64,000 nt of DNA from Camelus ferus (taxonomy: Eukaryota): contig NC_045696.1 of the NCBI RefSeq assembly GCF_009834535.1, forward strand, positions 16,060,001 through 16,124,000. The letters run 5' to 3'. Made by a program: the position numbers and the translations under genes. The notes beneath the pieces are model-generated. The model searched no databases. It was not told the origin of the DNA and saw only the letters and a list, made by a program, of their open reading frames with translations. Shown here piece after piece: positions 1-13,665 of this stretch; within the stretch, counting starts at the first letter, position 1, and each line of letters opens with the position of its first letter.

Positions 1-110
1 GAGTTTGCATTAAATTAACCAGAAATCTCCTCTGGATTTTGCATGGATTTTCGTGGTTCCATGAATACTAGTTAGGAAGTTGTATACAATTAAATTATAT
101 ATATTGATAT

Positions 111-657
111 TGTTAGGTAGTTAGATAAGTGGGGGCACCGGGCAGATAGGTGGAGGAGAGGGAAGATGGTCTGGAATATGGCGTTATGCCTGCCTCCAGC
201 ATAAAGGGGCTTTACTTCCAAATGAGCGCCAGCAAGAAACGGGTTAGAACCCGACAGCTTGACTGCGTGGTAGCAGAAAGGACTTAACTGGACATGACCC
301 GATGTTCATTGTATTATAATTAACACTGCGGTTTAGGCCCTCCCACACCATGGGCTTTTCTGTGTACGCCCTGGGTAAGGACATGCGCAAAAAGGGCCAA
401 ACATGGCTAAGCATTCCGGGGACTAGAGCCGTCAATCAATCAAGAGACTACCTCTAAGCCGGGTAATAAGAGAAAGGGGAGGGAAAAAACGTCTCTTTTC
501 CTCCCTTGGATTAGCTCCCCTCCCGTTCCTGGAGGTGTACTTTTCCTTTTCTAAATAAGTCTTCTGAAATCTTTCACTACACAATGCACCATCTCCCGAT
601 TATAAACTTATCTTTCAGGTATGACAAGAACTGGGGGCTTTACCTTTTGGGGTAACA
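111..657 (+). mobile_element. Solo LTR, ERV1-like (~547 bp)
   Basis: Terminal inverted repeats TGTTA…TAACA. CpG-richer than flanks, TATA-like taataag near 463, aaataa near 553, U5-like tctttcaggtatgacaagaac. TSD degenerate (atat/agat). Confidence 0.75.
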
Positions 658-3136
658 AGATGTACTTGCACTGTCGCACGTTCTGAGGTATGGAAGTTGT
701 GTCTAACGTGGCTGTTTTCAATCGCTACCGGCTTTCAGATAGACGGGGGAGGTCTTGGCTTCCTGGATGAGAAACTCTGGTGCTTCTGTAGAGGTAATCA
801 TCCGTATTCGCCAGCTCTACTTTCTTGATAAGCTAAGGAATTTAAGAAGGTAATTCTAATCCTGGCTTTATCTTTGGCTTGCTATCTGATTATGCGCAGA
901 GCATCCTTACCTTGCTGCCTATTCCCCAGCGGTAGTGTGGATACAAAGCTCTAAAAATACCAGGAGGTGGGCACTGCTGTATTTACAGAGAGATGTGTTT
1001 AAATTAATTATGTACTCTTTTAATCTGACTTTTGATTTGCAGCCCAGGCTCTTTTTGCAGATATTAATAATAGTGATGGTTTCATATTTGTTATTGTCAG
1101 TAATTTTCTGGAAGAGCATGTTAAAATTATGCTTCCAAGAATATGTAAAGTATGGACTAAAAACTGGAACAAATATATACATAATTGCAAACAGGCAAAC
1201 ATTGCTTTTCTTTTAAATGCTAAACTGCTTTAACACCTTGAGGAAATTCCTTTAAAGGAATTCCAACATCAAGGAAGTCAGTATAAAATATTGAGGGTCA
1301 TTTTGCTAGAAATCAAAGTTGTTAACTAAATTTACGTTGTAGATTAGAGCCAGAAAGATCTAGTCATTTAAAACAGAGCTCTGTTTCCATGGAGGAAAAT
1401 TTTCTTAGACTAGTCTTGATTGATTTCATATTGAAAGGGGAGTGTTTTCCTTTATTCTCATTGTTCATCAGTTAGCAGCCAGAAAGATGTAGAACAAGAT
1501 TTATGCCTAATCCACAGTCTAGTGAGTCATTTCCATAGTAATTATAATTAATAAAATTAAGACATTGAAACGTAGTCTGTCCTAAAATCAAAAAGTTGGC
1601 AACTGTGTTAGTAATAATTGCATATGTGATATTAATAGGTTCCTTCCAATTACTCTGGAATTATCAGATTTTTAATCTTCTCTTTGACATTAAGTTTCAG
1701 CAATGAAGTATATATAGGGAACTCCTAGTACAGAGTGAACTAGGAAGACCACTTTTCCATTCACTCACTTTCTTATCTCAAATCAAGCCAGTTCTTTATT
1801 CATTTTGACCTTTGGGATCTTTGCACTTAGAATTTAACATAGGCATACAAGGAAGATTCTGCTGTGAGTCAACACAGAGTATTTTCCTTAGAAATGGTTT
1901 TAAATCTCAAAATGCTATAAAATTAACTTTTTTTTTTTTCAAACTAATTTGGAGTAACTAAATATTTGTGTGTCATTTGGGCAAGGCGGCACTGTGTCCG
2001 CAGAGGCAGGACTTAAGGAGATGAAGTATACTGTGGATACTAAACAAATATCCAGGCCATAAGGCAGATAATTATAAACTGCATATGGAAATGTCAAGTC
2101 CTGTGGTAGTTCCAGAGTAGGAGAGTTGTTTTTTTTTTGTTTTTTTTTTTTTAATGTGAGGAAGAACTAAATTAATTTCTTAAAGAGGATTAATTTTTAT
2201 CTTGGACTTCAAAAGTCTAATTCATCACACTGGAGCCTTGTTCTTTGTCGGTTTTGGTTTGAAAGAGCTTTAGTATGCTGAATTATCTATTGGGTAAAAG
2301 GTGCAGATTTAATTATTATAAGGCTTAGCTAAAATCAGAATTCAGGCATGTGGCTTATATTAGTTTAATTTTTTCCTCCTTAAACTACGTTATTACCAGT
2401 GAGCTGCAGGTGGCATGTAAGAGGCATAACTTCTTACCCTGGTAAACCAATTTTATCTTACGTTTGTTTGTTGTTTGTTTTTTTTTTTAACTGTCCCTAT
2501 TTACAAGATTAATCCTTTATCAGTGGCAGAGCTAGATCCAGCCATTGTCATCTAAAAATTAGGTGGGCAGCTTGGGGGATTTTTTGTAGCTGTTGAACAT
2601 GGTGAGGAGTTTGTTGTAGTATTTTTCCTTGTTTTAGAAAAGAAGATCTAGTAAAAAAAAAAAAAAAAAAAACTAATTAACTATCACCAACTCATGTGAA
2701 GTAGACACCCCTCTGTGTAAGTTGGGTGTCAAATTTGAGTTTCATGGTTTATCATTCTGACAATTTGAGACTCCAGACTTAGCTATATTTCAACCATAGT
2801 GTGTTATACATCACATGTGTGTTACATAATGGTTCTCACTGATGAGATTAGTTGGATTTCTCAGATGACTTGAACTAGGTATTCAAGTGAGTTGTCAATA
2901 AATAAGGCTTCATAATTCAGTGGAGGTTGTTAACAATTGGGTGTTTTTACCGAGATGCTCATTTTGGCTATAAAGTGTCCATCAATGCTGAAATTTTACT
3001 TTATGCATTTTCTTATTATTTAATCATGCTTCCATCTCACAGTTGATGTTTCTGCAAGAGTAATAATTTTTGTTTTGGCTTAGTAAAAGGAGCCAACAAA
3101 TATTTTGATTGGTTGAGTGTCTTGCTCTAGACTCAA

Positions 3137-3371
3137 TTTTTTTTCTCTTTTTTTATTGCTACAATGTGTCGATTTCTGATGTACACCATAATGTTTCAGT
3201 CATGCATGAAAATACATATATTCATTTTCATACTTTTTTTCATTATAGGTTACTACAAGATACTGAATATAGTTCCCTGTGCTATACAGAAGAAATTTGT
3301 TTTTTATCTATTTTATATGTAGTAGTTAATATCTGCAAACCTCAAATGCCCAGTTTATCCCTTCCCACCCC
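3137..3371 (-). mobile_element. 5'-truncated young L1 3' end (cetartiodactyl/camelid type)
   Basis: Poly(T) at the left end and the diagnostic tatagttccctgtgctatacag motif. Perfect 10-bp TSD ctagactcaa at 3127-3136 and 3372-3381. Confidence 0.92.
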
Positions 3372-5225
3372 CTAGACTCAACTGTTTTTGAAGAAAAAAA
3401 AATAGTTAATAGAACCACTGTGAACTATAAAATTTAGGTTACATTTTGCTAGGCAACCTTGGTGCTTCTTGAGTAATAATGAAATATTTGATTTTATGGG
3501 CCTTTTCAGTACTTTATTGATAACATAAATTTATACTACCCAGGAATGGGTATACTCAAAGGAAAATATAGAATTTATTCTTAGTAATGAACTCCCATCT
3601 AAAAGATGGTGTTGGCTGTTTAACTAAAAACAAAATTTTCCTGCTTTTTTCTTTTCTGTGGTGGTGAGGGAGGAAGGAAAGGAAGACTTACTGCTAAAAA
3701 TACAAATCGCTAAATAGAAGTAAAGTCTTTGTTTTGGTTTTAAGACTCCCATATTTGTGCTGTCCAGACCTGACACATTTAGAAACAGGAATTTGCCTTT
3801 GGCTGTAAAGTTAGGCAAAGAGTTGAGTCATTTCTACGCATTTTTATGTTACAGAATGTCTTATGGAATATTCTGAATATCCAAAACAAGTTTTCTGGAG
3901 GATGTTATGAGTTTTGTAAATACGGAGAGATGCTTGCTTCCTGAAATTCAAAGGCACTTGTCAGTTGCTGTGCTTGTCAGCTAGAAGCCACTGCTGTCAG
4001 GGACAGATTTGTCTCCTTATGAAGAGAGTCCTTGTTCTTTTCTGCAGAGATTTGCTCCTCCCTTGAAAAGTGAATGCAGTGCTACCTCCAGAGAAACACT
4101 GAGAAACTTGAGGATCTTTAAACAGGAATTTAAAACCAGAAAAGTTTTCTTTCAGAGATGTTTTAAAACTTTCAGCTAAATCTAATCTGTGACTAAGTTA
4201 TGAGGGCCTAATTATAGCACTTATTTTTAAAAACGACGATACAAATTCTGCTGTCTTAAACGTTGCACACAGAATGGTGATCTGTGTCTGGTTTTGTTTG
4301 TGAATGTAACCCTCGTATGAATTAGAGTCTATTCGTTGCTAATTGGGAGGCTGGCTTTTGTATGATGTTGAACTCTTTCTAGCTTCTTTATAGTGAAAAT
4401 TAGCATAACTTTTTAATTTTTGATGAAAACATTAAGAAATAGTGAGGTTCTGGTTATTACATTAATTGCCTTCTACTTACCTGGTGCTTTTCTTTTCAAG
4501 GTCTTCCCCAATTTAAGAATTGTGCTGACCTCTTTCTCACATGTGTGAAAATGGGAAAATCAGAAGTAATTTGTATCCTCTACTGTTACATCAGTAGTAA
4601 CTGTCATGCTGTGTATTGTGGAAACAAAAGCACTACTTTTTTCTTCTCTGGGGTATGTGCTTCAGGTCAGAGTTATGGCATCCATGTCTTCTGCCTTTTC
4701 TTTTTTTAGTCCTTATTCACCCATTGTTTTTACTTAGCATTACTTTATTGAAATTTACAGATGTGATTTTGGAATCCTGGGATGTGATTTTGATACATGC
4801 ACCTGTCATCAGCCTTCTCACATTTATTTTTTTAGATGAAAATCTAACTTTTAACAAACACCTTAATTCAACTGACCTGTATAGTTTAAAAGGCAAAAGA
4901 CCAGGAATCTTATTGGGACCTTATAAAGTTCTTGATTTTCACTTTTTTGCATGTTTCTGCATGCTCATGATTTGCTTTTAAAATATTTTGAGCATTTGGG
5001 AATACATCATCTCTCTTATCATCTCTTTCCTTGCTTTGAATTCTACATATCGTGTAATTATTTTGCCGAGAATCAAATCTGATGGTTTATTATAATGAGT
5101 TCTGCAGGCGCCTGGTAACACTCACTGCTCTTGTTCCCTCTAAGACTTCTTTTTGGTTTTATTTATGTTGTTTTACTTAAAATGACATGCTGAATTTTTG
5201 CTTAATTATCCATTTCAAGTCTCTT

Positions 5226-5470
5226 AGAATGTTTTTCAAACTCTGTTCCAGATAATGTTAAATGGGCTGCAATGGAAGGGTTTCATGACCAGATATATTT
5301 GGGAAACTTTGGTGTAAAAAAGTTAAACTGGCTTCATTATTACAGAATTTTCCCAAAGCTTCAATGTCCACCCTGAAGGATCCATTTCCCATATTTGTTT
5401 GACAGTGGAATCCCCCCTCCAACAGGAAATAACTGTTAACATCTTTTGGAAATGATTTTTGAGAACACTG
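5226..5470. mobile_element. MER103-like hAT-Charlie MITE
   Basis: Degenerate TIRs (tgtttttcaaa… / …tttgagaacactg) and internal tttgggaaac…aaagttaaac…tttcccatatttgtttgac, as recalled from the MER103 consensus. Confidence 0.65.
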
Positions 5471-6279
5471 AGAAATTAAGTGAGGCATATGTTAATACTT
5501 TGAAAAACATGTTCTAAACTCCACCAGCCCATTTTGAGTGTGCATTATTACTGATATGTATATGTATATATGTACATGCATACTTAATAATTTATTGATA
5601 TTCGCTGGCAACAAAAAAATTCTTAATGTAAAAGAACTCCCATAAAAAATGAATTTAATACTGTGGCTAAATAAACCCCAAAATTCTTAACGTCTTGAAA
5701 TTTGCTACAGCTCCTTCACCCTGTTAAAACTTGTTATGATTCACTGATAGTACACTGAGGGGACTTCATGAACCTTGTATTAGACATTTTGAAATGAGCT
5801 AAAATAGCCATTAACCTGCATGAATTAAAATATCATAGATGGTGTAAAAATACCCTGTCGGCTTGGTGAGTCAGATCTGCTACACTGAGCTTGCAGGTCA
5901 TGGCTGGGAATGAGGACACTTGGCCACAGTGTCATTACTGGTTTGTCTCTCTTAGAAACAACTTGGCAGGCAGACATCTTGCAGATAAATGAGGAAAGAT
6001 GGTCTATTTCAAGTGGCATTAGGCATTCTCTAAACCCGTGTGTCATATCTGGTTTACAGTCAGCATTTTCTTGAGAGCAGAAAATCCTCTCTCAGAATTC
6101 CTGAATAAACAGCAGGCATCCTTGTGGGAGTAACTCTCAGGAGATTTCAAGGGCTCTGTGAGCTGTAGTTCAGTCCCTGCAGATGTCTTGGGAAGTTTCT
6201 CATTTTGGAATTCCTTCCTTCCTTTCTTTGCTGGTTACAAGCTGAGTCATTATGGTTAGCTCTTAAAACAAATGGCCTA

Positions 6280-6395
6280 CCATCCATTTGATATATGTTA
6301 CTGAATTTTAATCCTCATAATGTCCTGTAAGGTGGGGTGTTAATATATCCATTTCAGAGATAAAGAAAGTCAGGAGTCAAAGAGAAGAGGTTCCC
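6280..6395 (-). mobile_element. MIR fragment
   Basis: Core-like tttaatcctcataatgtcctgtaagg…ccatttcagagataaagaaa. Confidence 0.6.
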
Positions 6396-7334
6396 CAAAC
6401 AGCAGCTACATGCTAGACAAGCATCTTTTCCTTTTGATTCCAGGGTTTATCTTGGTACCTTCAGGTGTGGGTTCCCTCAGCCAGTCCCTCCTAAAGGTAC
6501 CCTGAACCTGCAAGTCCCCCAGGGTCTCCAGAGCTCTTTCAGAAAGTGATAGGATTAAGACCAGGTTCATAGTTGCAGATACAGGGCATAAAGAAGTTTC
6601 TGGAAACAGGAAACTTCTGGTCATGACTTGTGATTGGGCTTTTTGTGTATGTAACCTGTTAGTGTACACTTGTTATTCCAGTAGAATTATTCAGTTATTT
6701 AAAGGGATTCCAGTGGTTTAGCCCTCTCTCCCTTTGTCCAGATCATTCATTCATGATGAAATGATTGGATAGGATTAGAAAGTCTTTACTCAAGGAGAGA
6801 AGATCTGGCTGGATTTCCTTAGTCTTGGAACCCTAGTTATGAATGTGTGACCCTGCTTTCATGTGAATTTTGCTCAGAGGCAGTTACCACCCCTTTTGTG
6901 TATGTTTGTGTTTGTATGTGTGTGTGTGTATGTAGATTGACTCACAACTTCTTAATTGACAGAATACTGTTATACACTGACCCAGAGGGAGTTTATACAA
7001 TAAAATTAATTTTTCATTATTTATACAAAATAATTATGGATCAGTCTTGAACCAGAGGGGTCATTTTACTTAATGTTGATCACTTTTGATCTCCTAAGTA
7101 CCTTTAAAACTGTATGTATATATATATTTTGCACCTGTGGAAAGCAAGCTGTATTTTTGTCACATTTACATAGTTATAATTTATATTATTTCAGCTGGAT
7201 TATTCCAGTATGTTCTGGAAGGAAATCTATTTGGTTCAACCAATATTTGAGTGCCAGTATTGTTCTGAGTATTTTCCTAGAAATACAGAGATGAGTAAGA
7301 CATGATTCTTTCCTCCTAAGGAAAAAGCTTAGGT

Positions 7335-7599
7335 CAGAGTTTTCAACCTAGGCACTATTGACATTTTGGGTTAGATAATTCTTTTTTGGGGAGAGGGAGA
7401 GGGGAGACTGTTCTGTGCAGTGTAGGATGTTTAGTAACATCCCTCCCCTCCACCTACCAGTAGTATCACCCAGGTAGTGACAATCAGCTTTCCTAAAAAC
7501 CTTGGGCCTCCTCCACTGGAAATAATTCATGGGGCTTGAAAAGCAAGATGGCTTATGATCTGCAGTGGGTAACAAGCTTTCCCTGGTGGAGAACCATCG
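7335..7599. mobile_element. MER20 hAT-Charlie element, with a diverged or interrupted segment at ~7485-7580
   Basis: tcaacctaggcactattgacattttggg…gtgcagtgtaggatgtttagtaacatccct…gtgacaatca, and terminal ggtggagaaccat. Confidence 0.85.
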
Positions 7600-7907
7600 G
7601 CACAGCTGGACAACACGGGGGAGACTAGTGCCAGGGTAAAGCACTTTACCGAAAATTGGTTGTGCTTATAAAAGAAAGTAAGTGCATGTAGATATTTGAG
7701 AGTTTCCCTTCATTAAGCCAGAAGAGCTTAGTGTTAAGGGTACACCCACATAATTCCTTCTTTAGAAAAGTGCCGTGCCTATAAAACACCTTGGAGCAAA
7801 TCTGAAAAGTTACTTCCATTCCAATTGCTTAAAAATTCTCATTATTTGGAATTATATACCATGAGGAATTGCAGTAAAGTAAGACATCTTAATCCATATG
7901 CTGTCTC

Positions 7908-7910
<3 letters not shown>

Positions 7911-7942
<32 letters not shown>

Positions 7943-7954
7943 TGTGTGTGTGTG
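7911..7954. repeat. (TG)n microsatellite, ~22 units with one TC interruption
   Basis: Read directly. Confidence 0.97.
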
Positions 7955-10900
7955 ATCACAGCTGTACACCTTCCTTGGTTTATTTTAACCAATTTGTTTA
8001 AAAAGTCTTGCTTACATAAACAGTCCATTTCTTGGTAGAACTTGAATCTCTCTAACACAACGTAATGCTTCTCTCCCTCAAGGGCAGGATGTAGATTGTA
8101 TTGCAAGTTCTTCCTCTATTTTAGGGTTTGTTTTTCTGTAGACATGTCAGAAAGACATCCCTATGGTTTGGGAATGGATTAGCAATGCAAGATTCCAGCT
8201 CATTCTGTCCCCAGGTTACACAGGCACAGTTTTCCATGACAGAGCAGTAGCACTGCACAGCTCCATTAAACATCTGCTAGTTCAGAAAATTATAATAATT
8301 TCCTATCACTCAAGGCAAGGAAATGTAGATGGATTGAGGTGCCAGATTGTCTATAAGAACTCCTGGTGTGATCTGGGGCACGCGGCAGTTGTGACAGAAT
8401 AGGTTGTTTGTTAATGAATCAGGGAAGTGGTGACTAGTGCGACAGTTGCCTCCTTCTTCCACCCCATTGGGATGAACTCGAATCTTCTAGCAGGAGGCCT
8501 ATTGTTAGCTGGGAAGGCGTTGCAAACTCATACTCTGCCAGCACCACCCCTTGTGTTCCCATCCTGAAGCTGACAAGTCTCAGATTCTCCACCTCCACTT
8601 CCATTTTCTGCCCTCACTGCTGTTGCTCTGCTTCTGGTACTTAAGTTCCTGCTGTGGTCTTGGCTGTACACATCTCCCTTTCCCTGCACCCCATGGCGAC
8701 TTCGCCATTATGCATAGTTGGCACAGTGCCTTGGACCTACCTTTAGGAGCCCACGAAAATGTTTCAATGTTCATTTATTTTAAAATCATAAGAAAAGATA
8801 GCTATGAAAATGGATAGATACTAAGGAATACAGCTTGAATTACACTCATATTTATGCCAACACAGTGTAATTTTTAATAATTTTTTTAGAGAGGAAGGGA
8901 CCCAGGAAAGATGCCATGAGCCCCTGCATCCCCCGCATACAGAGATAGGATGGCGCCCCTGCTCTCTGAAATGTGGCAGTTGCTCCCTGTGGCTTTGGAT
9001 AGTTCTTACAAATTCAAGGTCATTCACAACTAACACTGTCCCACCTTTCACGCCTCCTCTCCTATGTGCATTTTCTGCTCTAGTCATTGGTCTGCCTACG
9101 CTATGCAAACTCCATCCTCTTCCTTCTCCAAATCACCCCAGTCAATGCTTTATCACGTGAGCATCTTTTACTAGCGGGTGGGGCCTCCTCGTTTTTGTCT
9201 CCACCATTGTATGTCCTTTGAAGTCAAGGATATTCGGGTCACCCCTCCATCCCCAGCCTTGAATGTGTTCGGTTCCAGGGAAGTGTTTATCTTAATATAT
9301 GGCTTCAAGCCAGAACTTCCCTGAAACTCAACCCAGGAATCCAACAACTCTGAAACCTTGTCTGTTTGAAATGCAAGGGCATGAGTTTGATAATCAAAGG
9401 CATATGCTGTTTGGCTGAGCTGTTCAACAAATAGTTTCTGTCTCTTCTCGGTCATATTTTCAGGTGTTTTTTTTTTTAACACGAGCCTTCACTGTAGGTG
9501 TTAAGTTACACCGAAATCTCTGGATTTGAGAATCTGTTCTGTGCAGCTGAGGGCTTTCAGCTGCAGGAATGTTTTAAACAGCTGATGGGATGCTTTATTA
9601 AAGGAGTCTGGCTGCCCACGCTATTTGTGCAATTCTTTGGAGTCGAGTGAGATAATCTGATTTTTTTTTAATGCTGCCTGAGTTGCAAAATGATGCTTCT
9701 TTCAGGAATGTGTTCTCAGAGTCAGAAAATTAACACCGAAACTGACAGAGCGATAATACTTCTTGTGCCCTATTTTTTTTTTTTTCCTAAGAGAAGCCTG
9801 AGGGTCTTGAACAAATTGAGCTGTAGCTGGTATTTGGACGTTGGCAAAGACAGGGAGGGTGTGGGCATGCATTTTCTTTTCCCTGCGTGAGGAAATCACT
9901 CTCTTGGTGCCGCAAGAAAAAACAAAACAAACAAACTCACAGGTATTTAAGTTGGAATTATTGTTCCACTTCTTCATCAATAATTACATTTTCTACATTC
10001 TAGTTTATTATTGTTGTTACTTTTCATGCCAGGCATTCCTTAATGCTTTCCATAAATATTTATTGAGTGCTTTATATGTGTGGGAAGTGAGAGAGAGAGG
10101 AAGGTGAGTAGTAATTACCTAACTTAGTGAATTCATCCTCATCTTGTTTGCATTTACGTATTAAAAAAAAAATGAGGGCTGGGAATCTTTGTTCCACACA
10201 CTTGAATTGTTTCAACATTCCCTTTACTCTGACAGATAAAACTTAGATGAATACTTACAGTTGGCACCGTCGACTACACCCTCCTAGGACTAGTGCCCCC
10301 ACAATACTCTCATTGTCACTTTCAAATTGCCTCCTTGTAGATCATACCTGGACCCCTAAGCAGCCCTCCAGGTTCTATCCTCACTTAGAGATAAAGAAAC
10401 TAAGACTCAGATGTTGTGTCACTGAAACTGACATTAGATGTAAGTGGAAAAGTAAGACTTCAATATGGTCTTTTTTTTTTTTTTTTTTTTTTTTGGCTCC
10501 TGGTCTTCTGTTATATCTGCAATGATTTTTTTTTTTTAATGTAGCTGAGCATGTAGAAATAAAACCTTCACTGCCTTTCTTCTGAATAATTTCTTCCTAG
10601 TGTTGTCATTCCCAGTAGGTCTTTATTCTGACAGGAAAGGCAGTCTGAATCACTCCTATTGTGAGTTTTAGGGCTTTAGAAATGGAAAGCTTCTTTGAAA
10701 AGTGCCTTGATGCCTTATTTAAGGAGGATAATCTACCCATGCTTATCAAGCAAATAGCCTGAAACTTGAACCTTGAGAATTCAGTGTTATAACCCAGGAG
10801 GAAAAGAAATAATCTTGGTTTTCACTAAAAGTGGTAAGTTAACAGTAAACACTTTGAACAATGAGCAGGAATGCTGTTTGAAAGTTATCACAGATTTTTT

Positions 10901-11344
10901 CGAATCAACTTATTATCTCTCTGATTTCCATTATGTTTGCAAAGTCCTGTTCTCCTGCACCGAAAATCGTAGTAATAAAAACACAATGGTTTGAGAGTGA
11001 TAAGCAGCTGGGAAAGGTAGATAAGTAAATATTATGCAACTTTGAAAGGAAATAAACTGAAGGACAGAATGTAAATATCCTTTGTGCTTATCAAAAATAA
11101 GATACTGTATGTTCCCTCCCTGAAATAGTTCTATCAATATTTTAAAAATAGAAAGGTAGAGTGGTCCTAAGACCATGAATTCTTTGATGCTACTTCACCA
11201 TATTGATAATTGAACTCTTATCCTATATAACGTACTTATTTATCTTCTCTCTTATTCCAACAGGCTTCTTCCTGTCTATACGTACATGTGAAAGTGTGTG
11301 CATATGTGTGTTTGTGTGAAGGCATAAGAACAGAAGTAAATGGT

Positions 11345-11532
11345 GAAGAAGGGAGGCTATAACTCAGTAGAGTGCCTGCTTAGTTTAGCATGCACAAGGT
11401 CCTGGGTTCGATCCCCAGTATTTCCATTAATGAATAAATAAATAAATAAACCTAATTTCCTTCCCCTCCAAGTTTATTTAGAAGTTAAAATAGGAAAAAT
11501 ATATATATATATACACACATAAACACACACAA
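11345..11532 (+). mobile_element. tRNA-Ala-derived SINE (camelid Vic-1 type), long form
   Basis: tRNA-like head with damaged A box (taactcagtag) and B box ggttcgatcc, then (AATA)n and an AT/AC tail. Perfect 13-bp TSD agaagtaaatggt at 11332-11344 and 11533-11545. Confidence 0.92.
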
Positions 11533-13407
11533 AGAAGTAAATGGTAAATATCTCAATTCCTCTATCTCAATCAGCCTCCAGAGTAAATTATTTTATTCCT
11601 TCTTCATTCTTTTCCTGCTTGCCTGATTTACTCTAATGTGACTTGCTTTAAAGACTTTTCAGAAGGTTGTTAATTGCCATTCTTCCACTTATGATCTTCT
11701 TCACGCTGTTAACTGAAAACAGCGTGCTGAATGGCGAGGACTGGTTGGTGTCATCTTAGAAAACACGAGCCCCTGTATGTGTTGGGCCCACGCTAAAACA
11801 TACAAGTACCTTAAATGTGGCACTTCTAACAGCATGCCCACTGTTTCTCCCGGTGTTCTCTGCCACTCCACCCCAGGCTAGTAGGAAATCAGATGGAAAT
11901 GACTTCTTAGAGGGTTTAGCAAGGTCCTGGGGTTGTGTGTGCTCCTCATCCCTGCTGAGAGCTGCTCTGAGATTTTAATGTACATTGAAGGACAACATTA
12001 TGATTTAATCTATCTGGGAAATGAGCATCTTTGTAAGGGTCTTCAACCTTATTAGTATTTTCATACCATTTTAGTACTAGAAATTATAAAGATATTAAGG
12101 GATACAGACAGTCTGGAATGTACCAGGTCCAGATATGAGTACTGGCTGTCTCATGGCAGCCTAAGACTAGGCATTCCACTAACCACCTCTCCCCATTTTA
12201 GTCCTCATTGCCTGTCCCCCTATGTCAGTTTCACAGTGGCCTGAAGCCTTAAACCTAGTAGAAGCTATAAAGGAAAACGGGAATGAATTTCTGGGCTGAC
12301 AAAGGGTAGAGAAGTATGCTCTTTTTTCCGCTTGCGCAAGTAAAATGGGTAACTCTAAGACGCAAATACTGGAATATGGCCCTACTCTCCCATGTGCTCG
12401 TTATGTAATGATCTGGGTCCATTTATAAATCCACTTCTTCTGGAAGCACGTTCTCCATTTATTTCCCACCTGCAGCTTGTCCAAAGACTTTGTTCTCTCC
12501 TCCTCTCCATCTCATGATTCCTTGGGGCTCTGTTTCTTCTATGCTCTACATCACAAATGGGTCAACATTGTGGTGGGTAAGTTTAAGAAATAAAGAGGGG
12601 GAAAAACAAAGAACTAAAAATTTGCACTCATTTGTACCTTAAGAGTAAGCTTTATGCTCTAGAAAATCCATTGTAGTGCTATAGATAAAGTGCTGTTGAT
12701 AAAGGAAAGGTCCATTTCAGAACTGTGTCATTAGATAGTGAGGAATATGATACTGTGTAAAAGATAAAGGCGAAGTGCACCTGCCAGGTGATGGGCGAGG
12801 TATCATGAATACCATGTCAACATCCAAAGTCTCATATTATGAAGTAAGAGAACCACCCCAGGACAGACAAAACAATTTAGCCTGCAAATTATGTGGGGAT
12901 AGTAGACTCCAAGGCAATAAAATGAATTGTATCTAGAGCTCCTGACTATTCATTTACTTGGCTACCTCTATGCACTCAACTCAGGTAATAGTGAGTTTGG
13001 TACTTGTTTGGTGCCACATGGGTGAAATCTGGTATCATCTCAATGTGAGGTGTCAAATGACGGAGAGACTTGACCCACCATTTCAGAACTTCATGTGCCC
13101 TCATTTCTCACCCCACCCTCTTCTCCGCAGACACATCTACCTCTCAGAGAGGGCTGGGCCTGGGCTATATGCGGCAAGAACCCTCACTGCTGGTGTTCCA
13201 CATATTTCAACAAGCACATACCAGTTGGTGGAGTGTGACCTTAGCAGCTTAAGCATTTGGTAGTGAAATTTGCATGTCCTTTGCTGGAAGATGTATAATT
13301 AGAATAAGATGTATTCATGCAGGCACATGTAAAATGTGAGCAGGAGCATGGTCTGTTTAATAGCATTAACTCTTTTTTATTAAAATATTTCCTTTTGAAA
13401 ACATAAT

Positions 13408-13665
13408 GAGTGACACAGATATAGTGGTTACCAGTGAGGAGAGGAAACTGGGGAGGGGCAATAAAAGGTAGAGAATTAAGAGGTACAAACTATTATGTAC
13501 AAAATAAGCTTCAAGGATATATTGTACACCATGGGGGTTTAGCCAATATTTAACAATAACTGTAAGTGGACTATAACCTTTAAAAATGGTGAATCACTAT
13601 GTTGTACGCCTGTAACATATAATATTGTACAGCAACTATTCTTCAATTAAAAAATTGAGAGAGAG
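13408..13665 (+). mobile_element. 5'-truncated L1 3' end
   Basis: gtggttaccagtgagg…gaggtacaaacta…gaatcactatgttgtac…cttcaattaaaaaa. TSD tgaaaaca(t/a)aat at 13396-13407 and 13666-13677 (11/12 match). Confidence 0.88.
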
